From a virus: 64,000 nt of DNA. Every line of letters begins with the position of its first letter. Within the stretch, counting starts at the first letter, position 1. The stretch covers positions 20,284-84,283 of IMG/VR virus record IMGVR_UViG_3300046373_000039, one strand, 5' to 3'. Below are positions 37,944 to 48,120 of this stretch, piece after piece. The notes under the pieces were generated by a model that did not search any database, was not told where the DNA came from, and saw nothing but the letters and a program-made list of their open reading frames with translations. A program made the translations under genes and the position numbers.

Positions 37944-38345
37944 TTAAACAGCTACCAAAACATCAATACCTTGAGCATTGAGTTGAGTAGTTACGATAGC
38001 CATCTGAGCAGTACTAATACCGTTCACAGATTTGAGTAGGAAATCGCTCACTTGAGCGGGACCACGCCACATAACCAAGCCCAATGCGTTAGCAGTAAGG
38101 GTAAAGGTAGGACGCACGTCATAGTGGTCGCCAAGTACGATAGCCAATACAGAACCGGCTGGAACAGCCGCGCCTGCAACATATTTAGCGAAGGTAGCAC
38201 TCAGGGCAGTACCAACAACCAAAGTACCCAGAGGATAGGTGCCAGCAGGAAGAGTTACTTCTTCACGGCAGTAGCCATCAGCAGGGGAGAATTCACGTAC
38301 AACCAGATCACCAAGGGTGCGGATGTTAAAATCAGTAAGAGGCAT
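37944..38345 (-). CDS. head decoration protein
   Basis: GYCREEVTL...GTLV...RGPAQV; directly upstream of the MCP. Confidence 0.85.
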   Translation of the reverse strand: MPLTDFNIRTLGDLVVREFSPADGYCREEVTLPAGTYPLGTLVVGTALSATFAKYVAGAAVPAGSVLAIVLGDHYDVRPTFTLTANALGLVMWRGPAQVSDFLLKSVNGISTAQMAIVTTQLNAQGIDVLVAV

Positions 38346-39325
38346 TATTTACCTTCCTTATTATTGAACTTTTCTTGATAGGATTTAGTCAGAGCGGCTA
38401 CGCCGTCTTCTTCGACTTGAGTATTAGTCTCGCCTGAAACGCCTTTTTCTTTGAACATATCAGATTCTTCAACAGCTTTTTTGTCTTTAGCCATTGCTTT
38501 AACGATAGTTTCAAAAGCTTCAGCGCCTAGTGCCTCGGTTGATTTGTAGAGAACTTCTACCTGATCTTCGGCAATACCTGCTTCTTTTAGGACGGCTTTA
38601 CGGCCTTTTTCTACAGATTCTTTTTCTTTGGCTTCAAAGCCTTTAACAACTTCCAGAAGACCATCAAGTTCAGCTTGTTTGGCTACTAGTTTTTCTTCTT
38701 GTTCTTTAACAGCTTTAGCAACAGCTTCTTCAACTGCTTTGCTAATCTGTTCTTCGTGAACTGCTTTAGTTACGAACTCAGACATTTGTTTACCTTTATT
38801 TTTGGTCTTTTCCACAGAGGGAGAGGTTGTATCGGGTGATACAGTTACGCCCTCTTTCGAGGACAATGCTTGTTCGAACTTCTTCTGTGTTTCAAGAAGT
38901 AGGAGCAATTCTTCAGGTTTAAGGTTAGCGATAGCTTTATGTACCTCGGCTTCACTCTTATCCATAACCAAGGACTTCATTAGAGTTACGGCTTCAACGC
39001 GCTCATCAAGCCACTCTTGATACCAATCTTTATACTCTTCAGGATCTTCTTCAGACTCAACATCCATACCCATAATACGGGCAAGAACAATTGCATCGTC
39101 ATACCACATACAAAAGAAAGTGGTTAGGAAGTCAACAATGTTCATTTCAACTTGAACCATTGTAGCTTTTTCTACTTGATCTTCTGTAATACTTTTGGTG
39201 GCTTTGGTCAGCAAAGTAGTTACGCCGTTAGCTGGACCGCCTTGATGTTTACCAACCAAGGCTACGTGACTACCTGTCCCTTCAAAATTAAAGTTAGATA
39301 GCCGCTTACGTGCTTGTTCTGTCAT
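38345..39325 (-). CDS. scaffolding protein
   Basis: SHVALV...GGPANG N-terminus; long Glu/Lys/Ala coiled coil. Confidence 0.8.
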   Translation of the reverse strand: MTEQARKRLSNFNFEGTGSHVALVGKHQGGPANGVTTLLTKATKSITEDQVEKATMVQVEMNIVDFLTTFFCMWYDDAIVLARIMGMDVESEEDPEEYKDWYQEWLDERVEAVTLMKSLVMDKSEAEVHKAIANLKPEELLLLLETQKKFEQALSSKEGVTVSPDTTSPSVEKTKNKGKQMSEFVTKAVHEEQISKAVEEAVAKAVKEQEEKLVAKQAELDGLLEVVKGFEAKEKESVEKGRKAVLKEAGIAEDQVEVLYKSTEALGAEAFETIVKAMAKDKKAVEESDMFKEKGVSGETNTQVEEDGVAALTKSYQEKFNNKEGK

Positions 39326-39783
39326 TATAGTTCTTCCACAGAAGCGCGGCAGCCAATACTAACTCCGCAAATATCGCCTGATTTAACTTGTTTCCAAAGC
39401 TTGTCTGATTCATCGTTTCCTTCTGGAAAGTGAAACCATTGGAGCCAAGTACCTTTCTTAATCATTCGTCCATCATCCAACATAAAGTCAGAGGGTGAAA
39501 TAAATGATTGTTCAATCTTAGCTGTTTCAATCTGAACTTGATGGAAGAGATTAGCCTTATTACAATGCGTGTTGAAATTAATACAAGCCTTTTCAACTTC
39601 TTCAGCAGAATAGATGTCTCCGTGAAGATCAACTGTTTCAGGTTCAAGTACTACAAACAAAGCTCGACGTTCTTCAACATCAATGGATTTAGTTACTTCC
39701 ATTTCAATATCTTTATCAGCCTTAGATCCACCAAAGAATTTCTCTAGGATTTCATAAAGCTTTTCGGATTTCGATTCACTCAT
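39325..39783 (-). CDS. prohead protease (XkdF-like)
   Basis: VLEP..VDLHGD, ANLFH, IKKGTW, LW..VKSG...GVSIG. Confidence 0.88.
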   Translation of the reverse strand: MSESKSEKLYEILEKFFGGSKADKDIEMEVTKSIDVEERRALFVVLEPETVDLHGDIYSAEEVEKACINFNTHCNKANLFHQVQIETAKIEQSFISPSDFMLDDGRMIKKGTWLQWFHFPEGNDESDKLWKQVKSGDICGVSIGCRASVEEL

Positions 39784-41360
39784 TGAAACTCCTTAGCATC
39801 TTCTTTCATAAATTTAAATTGTTTACCATTAACTTCAACTACAACGAAATCTTCATCTAGAGATTTGTGTAGTGATTTATTCTCAGTATTTGCTGTTGAG
39901 CTATCACCAGAAGATCCTGAAGCACTGCCAGTTCCACTATTAAGACCTTCTGCCATTCCTGCGCCACTATTAGATGTGCTTTCTGGTAGATAGTCTTTTA
40001 AAGGCTCTTCATCAATAGCATGAGGCTTAGCACCAACAGATTGGCGGGTGATGTTCAGAACTTCACGGTCCAGCTCAATAGCACCCGTAGCAGCATACCG
40101 CTGGATAGCTTTAGACAGAATATCAAGATCAGTTTCCTGAACCTCTTCATATTCCCAATAAGGAAGGTCGCCCTCCAAACTCCAGCCATTCTGTTTGAAT
40201 AGCAGGTCTCTTAGTTCCTTGAGGGTCTCTTGCATTCCCATAAGCTTGTCTTCAACAGCCATAATAACCAAGCCACGCTTAGTATCTGACAGGCTGAAGG
40301 AGCCTACTGAGCTTTGTCCCATTTGAAGGATGTCTGCCCAAAGGGATTGAAGAATAATACTGTTATAGCGTCCAATAATGCTGTTGGTGTCAAAGCGATT
40401 TGATCCGCTAGAAGTAACAAGGTCAAACTCAAAAATCAAATTGCCTTTATCATCGCGGTCACTTGGAACAACAACCGACGCTTGTTCGTTAGCTTGAATG
40501 TTTCTGCCAATTTGCATGTAAGCAGCAGCAGCAGCTTTCTTATCGTCACTAGCACCTTCCGAAAGATACTCAGAAGGAATCTTAAAACGAGGGATACCAT
40601 TCAAATCACGAGATAGACTTACTGCTTCATGTTCTTCTATCTTAGTCCGATACTTCCATGCGTAATAACACTTAAGAAGTGGGCTTGTCCCGAAGGGATT
40701 ACCACGGCTTGAGTCGCAGGTGAAGTTTAAAAGCTTACCTTTACGAATGAAAACCTCGTCCATACTTGAAGCTTTGCCACCATTAAAACCACCATAGAAA
40801 TCTAAGATTCCTTTAGGGTCTTGATAAAACCCTAAGAACTCTCTTCCATCTTCTGAGAATTTAGCACGAGAAATTGTATCTTGTGATCTAATAGGAAGCT
40901 TACGAATACCAACCAAACCATCATCGTACTTACTCCCGTTAGATTTTAATCTCTTACGTAGTACAATTTCATGAGGAGCAAAGCCATATGTATAGAAGCT
41001 GACAGCCTCTTTCATAAATGCGTACCAAGAATGTTCCATATCTTCTTGGATTTGCTTAAGGTATAAAGCTTTCTTTTTAATATCTTCAGAGGAGTCTTGT
41101 GGAATATGGACCCCCCACTTAACTCGACTCATCATCATTTGAAACAAATCTAACCCAGATGCGATTGTGGCATCACGACTCATTGTTTTAAATGTTCTTG
41201 CAGCTTGAGGGTACTGTAGTTCTCTACGAGACTCTTCAAGTACTTGACCATTAATTTGCTTAAGGCCAATTGCACCTGTCTCACTGTAAGGGATACGAGG
41301 AACACTTTCAGATCCTTGAGTGAGGTCTAGGCTTTCAGCAGCTTTCTTAACTCGTGCCAT
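39780..41360 (-). CDS. portal protein
   Basis: YGFAPHEIV, KLPIRSQDT, NPFGTSPL..CY.AW, GSFSLS; follows terL. Confidence 0.9.
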   Translation of the reverse strand: MARVKKAAESLDLTQGSESVPRIPYSETGAIGLKQINGQVLEESRRELQYPQAARTFKTMSRDATIASGLDLFQMMMSRVKWGVHIPQDSSEDIKKKALYLKQIQEDMEHSWYAFMKEAVSFYTYGFAPHEIVLRKRLKSNGSKYDDGLVGIRKLPIRSQDTISRAKFSEDGREFLGFYQDPKGILDFYGGFNGGKASSMDEVFIRKGKLLNFTCDSSRGNPFGTSPLLKCYYAWKYRTKIEEHEAVSLSRDLNGIPRFKIPSEYLSEGASDDKKAAAAAYMQIGRNIQANEQASVVVPSDRDDKGNLIFEFDLVTSSGSNRFDTNSIIGRYNSIILQSLWADILQMGQSSVGSFSLSDTKRGLVIMAVEDKLMGMQETLKELRDLLFKQNGWSLEGDLPYWEYEEVQETDLDILSKAIQRYAATGAIELDREVLNITRQSVGAKPHAIDEEPLKDYLPESTSNSGAGMAEGLNSGTGSASGSSGDSSTANTENKSLHKSLDEDFVVVEVNGKQFKFMKEDAKEFQ

Positions 41361-41403
41361 AGGCATCACCAATAGGCATCCGTTTATGCCTCCTTATATT
41401 TGT

Positions 41404-42825
41404 TTAAAGTCTGAATTCGTTTGACTTAGTATTGATCGGGACAGCAAAAGAGGGAATATCACGGCGTTCTGCTAATGTGATGAAAGCATCACTTGTAGCA
41501 TCTACCTGATCGTCCTTGTTAGCCCTATCACCATTAAAAGCTTCCATTTCAGAAAAGTAAGTATCGTTCCAAGAACCAAATGCGTAGCGTACTAGACCAG
41601 CCTCGGCAGCTGAGGCCACCGGCATAAATCTTGTTATCTTAGACTTATTAGAAGATTTAAGTTTTGCACTAAAACCTTCTTCAATAAGAGCTTTTACCAT
41701 CATCAACCCGGCTGACTTCCCGGCTTGCCCTGGTTCTTGTGGCAGCACTATTTGAGTCTCTTCTGGATCAGACTTTGCGGTCTCAATAATCTTTTGGATC
41801 ACTTCACCATAACGACCACGAAACCTTATAACATCTTCTATGATGTACAAACCGCTTCTGGTCTTAGCCATCAAAACTCCAGCAGTCCAATCAGGGTTTG
41901 GTAAAACCTCGCTCGGAAGCGATCCGGCCAGATCCCACGCCCTTACCCTTTTAACAATATCCATGTCATATGGGTTGATGGGCTCACCTAGCCAATCTAG
42001 TTTAAAGTATCCAGAAGCCTCTTCTCTAATATCCCAATTACCGTAAAGATCGCGCTCTTGTTTTACGCGTTTAAGACCTTGTAGGTTTGCTAAATATCCT
42101 GGGTTGGATTTAATAAGCGGCGGATTGTCATAGATTGTTGCGGATATGAACTGCAAGGATAATGGGAGAACATGACTACCATAAGTATCAAGAAGTTCTT
42201 GTTTAGTATCAGCCCATATCATTTCGTTATTTTGGCGAATAAACCAACGAATCTTACCATCTTTCTTAGGGTCAGCTCGACCAGCATTCTCTTCACCCTT
42301 GGGGATTAACCACCAATCGATCCAACGGCGAATGAAGCTGTCTGGGGATGGGTTGCAAGTTAGGAAGAGGTTAGGTATCATCTTAGCTTTAGACCTAAGA
42401 CGAGAAAGAATAACCAGAACATGGTCTTCTAGAAGTTGGGTAGCCTCATCTACCATACAAGCTGAGACTTGCCTACCACGCCATTTTTCAGCGTCTTCAT
42501 TGGTTTCACAATGACCCATAGCCACTACTGCGCCGGATGGGAATGTGAACGTCATGGCTTTTTTATTTGGTTTGACATTTTCATCAAAAGCTTTATATAA
42601 ACCGTAAGCTTCGTCAAAAATACCACCAGTAGCCATAACACTTGTTTGCTGTTTACGAACAACATAGCCCCGGTAATGGGGGTCATCTATCCATCGTAAG
42701 TGCCTAAGCAATCCACAATAGGTCTTGCCCCCTCCCATAGCTCCACCATATACAATGATGTTTGCATCACTTGAGAGAAACCAACTTTGCTTTAAACTTG
42801 CAGGCTCAAAATTATAATCTGACAT
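41404..42825 (-). CDS. terL: terminase large subunit
   Basis: YGGAMGGGKT Walker A, VDEATQ Walker B, TCNP, RAWDLA, DDQVDA. Confidence 0.95.
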   Translation of the reverse strand: MSDYNFEPASLKQSWFLSSDANIIVYGGAMGGGKTYCGLLRHLRWIDDPHYRGYVVRKQQTSVMATGGIFDEAYGLYKAFDENVKPNKKAMTFTFPSGAVVAMGHCETNEDAEKWRGRQVSACMVDEATQLLEDHVLVILSRLRSKAKMIPNLFLTCNPSPDSFIRRWIDWWLIPKGEENAGRADPKKDGKIRWFIRQNNEMIWADTKQELLDTYGSHVLPLSLQFISATIYDNPPLIKSNPGYLANLQGLKRVKQERDLYGNWDIREEASGYFKLDWLGEPINPYDMDIVKRVRAWDLAGSLPSEVLPNPDWTAGVLMAKTRSGLYIIEDVIRFRGRYGEVIQKIIETAKSDPEETQIVLPQEPGQAGKSAGLMMVKALIEEGFSAKLKSSNKSKITRFMPVASAAEAGLVRYAFGSWNDTYFSEMEAFNGDRANKDDQVDATSDAFITLAERRDIPSFAVPINTKSNEFRL

Positions 42826-42849
42826 TTAAACTCCATTGCGTCAGAAGTT

Positions 42850-43206
42850 TTATTCTGTCTCCTGAACTTTCTTAAACGTTTCCAAATACTCTCGAATCAT
42901 CTGTTGACAATCCCGACCTGTCACACCACGTTCTTTAACTATTGGTCGCAGTTCTTGAATAGTCAATGTTTCAAGATATTCTTTACCATACTGAATCTCA
43001 ATAGGCCAAACACGCATGCCGTTAGCCATATCGTCTTCAAGGAATTCTTCAGTTTCTACAAGCATCATCACTTTATTTGGGAAAGTATTTTTATTAGGAT
43101 AATTAGCATCCAACTTTCCGCCCATATTAGCAAATCGTACAACTTGATTTAGAAACAGCATACCACCACGGTCAGTTGCCTTAAGCTCGATATTATACTT
43201 ATTCAT
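42850..43206 (-). CDS. hypothetical protein with C-terminal SAP/HeH-like helix pair
   Basis: GGAGAG SD; LETLTIQELRPIVKERGVTGR. Confidence 0.65.
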   Translation of the reverse strand: MNKYNIELKATDRGGMLFLNQVVRFANMGGKLDANYPNKNTFPNKVMMLVETEEFLEDDMANGMRVWPIEIQYGKEYLETLTIQELRPIVKERGVTGRDCQQMIREYLETFKKVQETE

Positions 43207-43242
43207 ATATCTCTCCGTTTGTCTTCAATTCATAAAAGAGAT

Positions 43243-43270
43243 ATTACACGATAGGTATGCTGTTTGTCAA
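43243..43270 (-). promoter_or_regulatory. sigma70-like promoter
   Basis: TTGACA-N16-TGTAAT upstream of 43206. Confidence 0.55.
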
Positions 43271-43346
43271 GTGCTTGTCTGATTTATTTTAACTATTTTC
43301 AAATTAACTTATTGAAACCATCTGTATTTCAAGATGGTTTTGTAAA

Positions 43347-44765
43347 CTAACTTCTAGATGTAACCTGAACGGTAATAGAAGCACCAACAAGATTAACTGT
43401 TGCGCCAAGTAATACTTCTATACTTAGAAGAGTTACAAGATTACGCTGAGCAGCCTGTACAACACACCCTGTAGTAGATACTGATACAACCCTGACAGAT
43501 TGATTAAAAGTACCACCAATTATTTGAGGCTGTACATCAGGTGGTGTTGCGTAAGTATTCGCAAAGGTGATTGTAACATTACCACTTGCATCACTTGTAC
43601 CCAGGAATGTTTCAACTTTACGATAACCCGCCAAGACGGCACTTGTGAGATAGCCACTGTCGTTTGTAAAAGCGCTTACATTAGTTGGTACTGTAGGAAT
43701 CGTAGGGAATGTTGCTAATGTACCATCACCACGTACGTACTGAGTCGTTGTACCTGTAGGTGTATTATATTTGCCAGCCAAGGCAGATGTAAGAGAACTT
43801 GATGTGGCATACCCCGTCAATGTCGTTGACAAAGATGAGGCAGTTACATACCCTGATAGAGAGGATGCTGTGGCCTTGCTGTCTAGACTAGCTTGAAGTC
43901 CGGTCACATCTGAAATTGAATGTGTGTGGACTGTAGATGCTGCCCCGACATCAGTGTTGGTAAGAATTACCGCACCAGTCTTAGTATTAACCGAAGTAAC
44001 CGGATAATTAACAGATGGTATATTCGGCTTGTTCTTAATAAAATCTAAAGCGGATGTATTACTCTGGTTCCAATCACTCTGGATCTGTGCAGCAGGAATT
44101 ATAGGAGCTCCTGTCAAAACACTGTACGGAATACTAGAACCAACACCCACCTTATTATCTAGAGTGGTTTGTAAGCCAGTTACATCTGAGATAATATGTG
44201 TATGTGCTGATGGAACAAAGCTTGTCGGCTTACCTGTCAAGCTTGTATATGTACCATCAAATAACGAAGGCTTTCCAGATAAGTCGGCATAGTTTCCACT
44301 AAATAGAACAGGTTTACCTGTTAGGTCAGAGTATGCTCCAGAAAACAGTGTAGGCTTGTTTAGAAGCTGAGAAACACCACCAGTTGAGTTCCAATCTGTA
44401 TTGACTTGAGGGGTCTGAGAAGGAATCTGAGAAAGTGTTATATAGCCTACGTCATTTGTAAGCTGAGAAACGTTCTCAGGAATCTCAATACCGAGCATCC
44501 CTCTAATCATTTGTTCAGAATTAGAGGCAATAATTTGTTGTGCTAGTGGGCTGAAGGTAAAAGGTTTGAAATTGGAAGATGAATCTGTACCTATCAGTAC
44601 AGATGGTAACTTCATATCAGGGACAACAAATCCACTACCCGTCATTTGATCAGAACTATTTTTATAGAATAGTTCATTAACAGGCATTTCAGACAGAAGA
44701 TTATCTAACCTTGGATCAGTTGTACCACTGGATGATTTTAATGGTCTTTGTGGTCCAATAGACAT
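43347..44765 (-). CDS. fibre protein with phage-fibre repeats
   Basis: Repeats LFSG.YSDLTGKP, HTH.ISDVTGLQ..LD (x2), QSDWNQ...FIKNKP, VTSVNTKTGAV. Confidence 0.8.
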   Translation of the reverse strand: MSIGPQRPLKSSSGTTDPRLDNLLSEMPVNELFYKNSSDQMTGSGFVVPDMKLPSVLIGTDSSSNFKPFTFSPLAQQIIASNSEQMIRGMLGIEIPENVSQLTNDVGYITLSQIPSQTPQVNTDWNSTGGVSQLLNKPTLFSGAYSDLTGKPVLFSGNYADLSGKPSLFDGTYTSLTGKPTSFVPSAHTHIISDVTGLQTTLDNKVGVGSSIPYSVLTGAPIIPAAQIQSDWNQSNTSALDFIKNKPNIPSVNYPVTSVNTKTGAVILTNTDVGAASTVHTHSISDVTGLQASLDSKATASSLSGYVTASSLSTTLTGYATSSSLTSALAGKYNTPTGTTTQYVRGDGTLATFPTIPTVPTNVSAFTNDSGYLTSAVLAGYRKVETFLGTSDASGNVTITFANTYATPPDVQPQIIGGTFNQSVRVVSVSTTGCVVQAAQRNLVTLLSIEVLLGATVNLVGASITVQVTSRS

Positions 44766-45043
44766 TATTCGTCACCATCATTTATCATAATGACGACACG
44801 GCCAGCTGATGTACAACGAATCCAAACGCCAGTTAAGCTTCCGTCTAGATAAACTGTTGCATTAGAAGCAACTGAATAACCATCTGTGGTTGTGACTGGA
44901 GTGGTTGCTCTAACTTGAATAAGAAATGGTGCTGTAATTTTGTTTTGGATAATAAGGGGTTGACCTGATGTGATGCCTGTAGCGGAATAGACTTCTGTCC
45001 ATACACCAGCCGCCAATTGTAAATCGGGTAAAGTATTAGCCAC
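44765..45043 (-). CDS. small beta-rich virion/fibre-associated protein
   Basis: AGGATT SD, GTG start; translationally coupled to the fibre gene. Confidence 0.65.
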   Translation of the reverse strand: MANTLPDLQLAAGVWTEVYSATGITSGQPLIIQNKITAPFLIQVRATTPVTTTDGYSVASNATVYLDGSLTGVWIRCTSAGRVVIMINDGDE

Positions 45044-45266
45044 TTTAACAATCCTATTTTATTTTTATTAGGGATTGTCTTGTTCTGAGGGATTATAGCC
45101 TGTAGACAGACAACACAGGCTTTTAGTTAGGCAGCCTCGTCTGCTTTGAAAAAGAGTCGTCTAGACTCTATAAGTAATCTTTAGAGAATACCCTCTTTTG
45201 GAAGGTATTCTAAAACACTACTAAATCCTTTTGCCTATTTATACTATAAAATATAATTAAGGATAT

Positions 45267-47765
45267 TTACTTAATCTTCTTGATTAAGAGTGGTGCCCTG
45301 CCAATTGCTATTGTCAGCGTGGTAGCTGTAGAGATTGCCCCTACTTGAATAGCAAAGTTACCAGCAGTTGAAGATGTGATTATCTTACCGCGTATGAAAG
45401 CATTCTGCTCAACACTTGCAACAGAAGCTGTCCCTGCAATTGTTGCTGCTGTAGTATTAAGTGGGCCTAACACTGTAGAAGCTGTACCTGCAACGTTAGT
45501 TATTTGAACACCAGCATCAAATAGAAAAGTAGCCCCTGTTGCTGTACTCGCATATCCAAGTTTCAGACTTTGTGCAGTTGCTGTCGTAGTATAGGCACAA
45601 TTAAAACTTACTTCATAAACAGAATTGGCTTCAAGGTTTACAGTAAGATCTGATACAGAACTGTTGGTAGTTACGTTTCTGATGATAGAGGTTGTATTAT
45701 TAACAGAATAAGTTGGAAGGGGATCTTTCCAGTTTAAAGTTAAGAATCCACCTGGATCTAAAGCCTCAACAGTGACTTCATCAAGTGCAAACAAAGAAGC
45801 AACACGGGTTGCGTTGTTTACTATTGTTCTTGATGAGGAAACAAGTGTTACACCAGCACCACCTAAACCATGCTTAATGGTAACTTTAAAACCATTGGTA
45901 ATGCCAGCACCAAATGTCATCGTCCCAAGAGATGCTGAATTATAGACAAATGTCTTACCAGAGTCTTTATCTGTGAACGTGTAATTACCAGTAATAATTT
46001 GAGCAAATGCTACTTGTCCGCCAGCATGATATGTAACCATACGAGGATCAAGGAAGTTACGTTGGAAATTACTAATCCACGTAACGCTTGTTGTCATATT
46101 ATCAAACTGTTCAGTGATAAAAGTATTTAGCGTACCACTGTTCGTGCTATCTGGTTCAAATACATATTTAGTGCCAATGAACTGACCCGCTGTACTAGCA
46201 TTCTGCATTGCAAAACGATATTCTTTTGCAAAAGACAGGTCACAATACCCACCACCTTGAACAGTTGTGATAACAAGCTCACCAATACCATGACTGTTAG
46301 TCACAGTGTTAGCTGTTGCTGTATTAATATTAACCGTCGTTAGCATGGCAGGAACTACAGCTTGTGAGGCTGTTAGAGGTGTCCATGTCATTGAGGTGCT
46401 GGTGGTTGGTGCCAGTTGCCCTATAGATGTCGGAAATGCAGTGGCAGCAGATGTTCCAGTAAATGCGTTGTTTGTAAGTAATCGATAGTTAGCCAGTGTT
46501 GTCAAATCAGCCTTAAGGTTCAAAGCTGTTTGGGTAGCTGAACTTACTGGTTTGTTAGCATCACTCGTATTATTTACGTTACCTAGCCCAACCATGGCAG
46601 CAGAAATACCATTCACTGTTCCTGTAAAGGTTGGTGAGGCTAAAGGAGCCTTAAGGTCTAATGCACTTTGAGTTGCTGTTGAAATTGGTTTTGCTGTGTC
46701 TGCTGTGTTATTGACATTACCAAGACCGACCATACTAGCTGTAATCCCGCCTACAGTTCCTGTGAACGTAGGTGAAGCTAAGTTAGCTTTTAGATTCAAT
46801 GCCGTCTGAGTTGCTGTTGAGATAGGCTTATTCAGATCACTAATATTGTCAACATTTCCTAAACCAACAGTTGACTTAGTTAGTCCTGTAACCGTTCCAG
46901 TAAAAGCTGGTGAATCCAGTGGGGCTTTCAATGCCAAGGCAGCAGCTTGGGCTGTACTGATAGGTTTGTTTGCATCTGTGGTGTTATCCACATTAGACAA
47001 GCCAACCATTGTCTTATCTATGCCAGTAACGTTTCCGGTGAACGCCGGGGATTCTACATTAGCCTTCAGATTAAGTGCAGCTTGTTGTGCAGTACTTACT
47101 GGTTTACTTAAGTCAGAAGTGTTATCAACTGAACCAAGACCTACGAACGTCTTATTAAGGCCGGCGACCGTACCCGTAAACGTTGGGGAATTTAGTGGTG
47201 CTTTTAGAGATAATGCGTTAGTCTGTAGGGTACTTAGAGGTTTATCAATATCGGCAGTATTGTCGACATTATCTAGCCCAACTGTTGCTTTTGTAAGACC
47301 AGTGACAGTACCTGTGAAGCTAGGGGAGTTAAGAGGGGCTTTCAAGTCTAAAGAGGACTGAACAGCTGTAGAGATTGGTTTATTAATGTCTGAGGTATTA
47401 TCTACGTTAGATAATCCTACAGCAGCTTTGTTCAGACCAGATGGTTGTACAGCAGTGTTGGCCAACGCACCTTGAGCTGACGTAGCAGCACCAATATCCG
47501 AAGGAACAAGGACAACGTCTCCAATCTTAGCGTTCACAGATGTGACAGGGGAACCGGAACCGTTATCCCCCTTCTGAGCAAGGATGCTCCAAAAAGTGGT
47601 ATTAGTTGGAAGATTTCCTGTACTGTTTTGGAGAGCTACATAGCTCGATCCATTATAAAATACAGCATCGTCTTTTAGATAAGGTGTTGTATTAATATAC
47701 GCACCTTTCCAGTTTAAACCTTTATCACCTTTGAAATACTGACCAGCAAATTCTACTTCAATCAC
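45267..47765 (-). CDS. long fibre protein with 46-aa tandem repeats
   Basis: WKGAY...Y.KDDAVFYNGSSY carbohydrate-binding-like module, VTSVNAKIGDV, then GL.NVDNT.D..KP.STA.Q.AL.LKA.L.SP.FTG repeats. Confidence 0.85.
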   Translation of the reverse strand: MIEVEFAGQYFKGDKGLNWKGAYINTTPYLKDDAVFYNGSSYVALQNSTGNLPTNTTFWSILAQKGDNGSGSPVTSVNAKIGDVVLVPSDIGAATSAQGALANTAVQPSGLNKAAVGLSNVDNTSDINKPISTAVQSSLDLKAPLNSPSFTGTVTGLTKATVGLDNVDNTADIDKPLSTLQTNALSLKAPLNSPTFTGTVAGLNKTFVGLGSVDNTSDLSKPVSTAQQAALNLKANVESPAFTGNVTGIDKTMVGLSNVDNTTDANKPISTAQAAALALKAPLDSPAFTGTVTGLTKSTVGLGNVDNISDLNKPISTATQTALNLKANLASPTFTGTVGGITASMVGLGNVNNTADTAKPISTATQSALDLKAPLASPTFTGTVNGISAAMVGLGNVNNTSDANKPVSSATQTALNLKADLTTLANYRLLTNNAFTGTSAATAFPTSIGQLAPTTSTSMTWTPLTASQAVVPAMLTTVNINTATANTVTNSHGIGELVITTVQGGGYCDLSFAKEYRFAMQNASTAGQFIGTKYVFEPDSTNSGTLNTFITEQFDNMTTSVTWISNFQRNFLDPRMVTYHAGGQVAFAQIITGNYTFTDKDSGKTFVYNSASLGTMTFGAGITNGFKVTIKHGLGGAGVTLVSSSRTIVNNATRVASLFALDEVTVEALDPGGFLTLNWKDPLPTYSVNNTTSIIRNVTTNSSVSDLTVNLEANSVYEVSFNCAYTTTATAQSLKLGYASTATGATFLFDAGVQITNVAGTASTVLGPLNTTAATIAGTASVASVEQNAFIRGKIITSSTAGNFAIQVGAISTATTLTIAIGRAPLLIKKIK
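46510..47420 (-). repeat. intragenic tandem repeat, 138-bp (46-aa) unit, about 6.6 copies
   Basis: Seven GL.NV.NT units counted in the translation, the last partial; boundaries approximate. Confidence 0.85.
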
Positions 47766-48097
47766 ACAGACACCACTGGAGTTGGAAAGGTAATATCCTT
47801 GGTTACTGTTACATCAAGAGTTTGTGTACTAATAACGTAGGAATCAGAATTTCTTGTAAACTGAATATCTAATTGTAATGTACCAATAGGCCAAGACTGT
47901 GTATCAAGCATAAAAAGCTTAACTACTCTTGTGGTTACTGGATCAAGCCATGTAGGACTAAACTCAGCAACTAGCCTTGAGTATTGTGATGTCCTAATCT
48001 GTGACGTTATTGTCCAGCCTACAAAATAACCATCAGCAAATGTATCGGGGAGACTGACAAGTTGATCGAAAGTGTCCCCACGTTTTACAGTGAGCAT
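47762..48097 (-). CDS. fibre-attachment adaptor (BppU/LtfC-like beta-sandwich)
   Basis: KRGDTF...GWTITSQIR...TQSWPIG.L..DIQF; AAGGAGA SD; the ORF-track 5' extension overlaps a tRNA. Confidence 0.7.
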   Translation of the reverse strand: MLTVKRGDTFDQLVSLPDTFADGYFVGWTITSQIRTSQYSRLVAEFSPTWLDPVTTRVVKLFMLDTQSWPIGTLQLDIQFTRNSDSYVISTQTLDVTVTKDITFPTPVVSV

Positions 48098-48120
48098 TGT
48101 CATTCTCCTTTTATGTGGGG

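Noticed and set aside
45236-45243. T4-type late promoter TATAAATA on the minus strand
   Set aside because: I noticed only this one intergenic instance, in AT-rich DNA, and no gp55-like sigma factor is in the window.
46510-47420. CRISPR-like array or DGR template
   Set aside because: The repeats are in-frame coding units of a fibre gene with no spacers, and there is no reverse transcriptase in the window.
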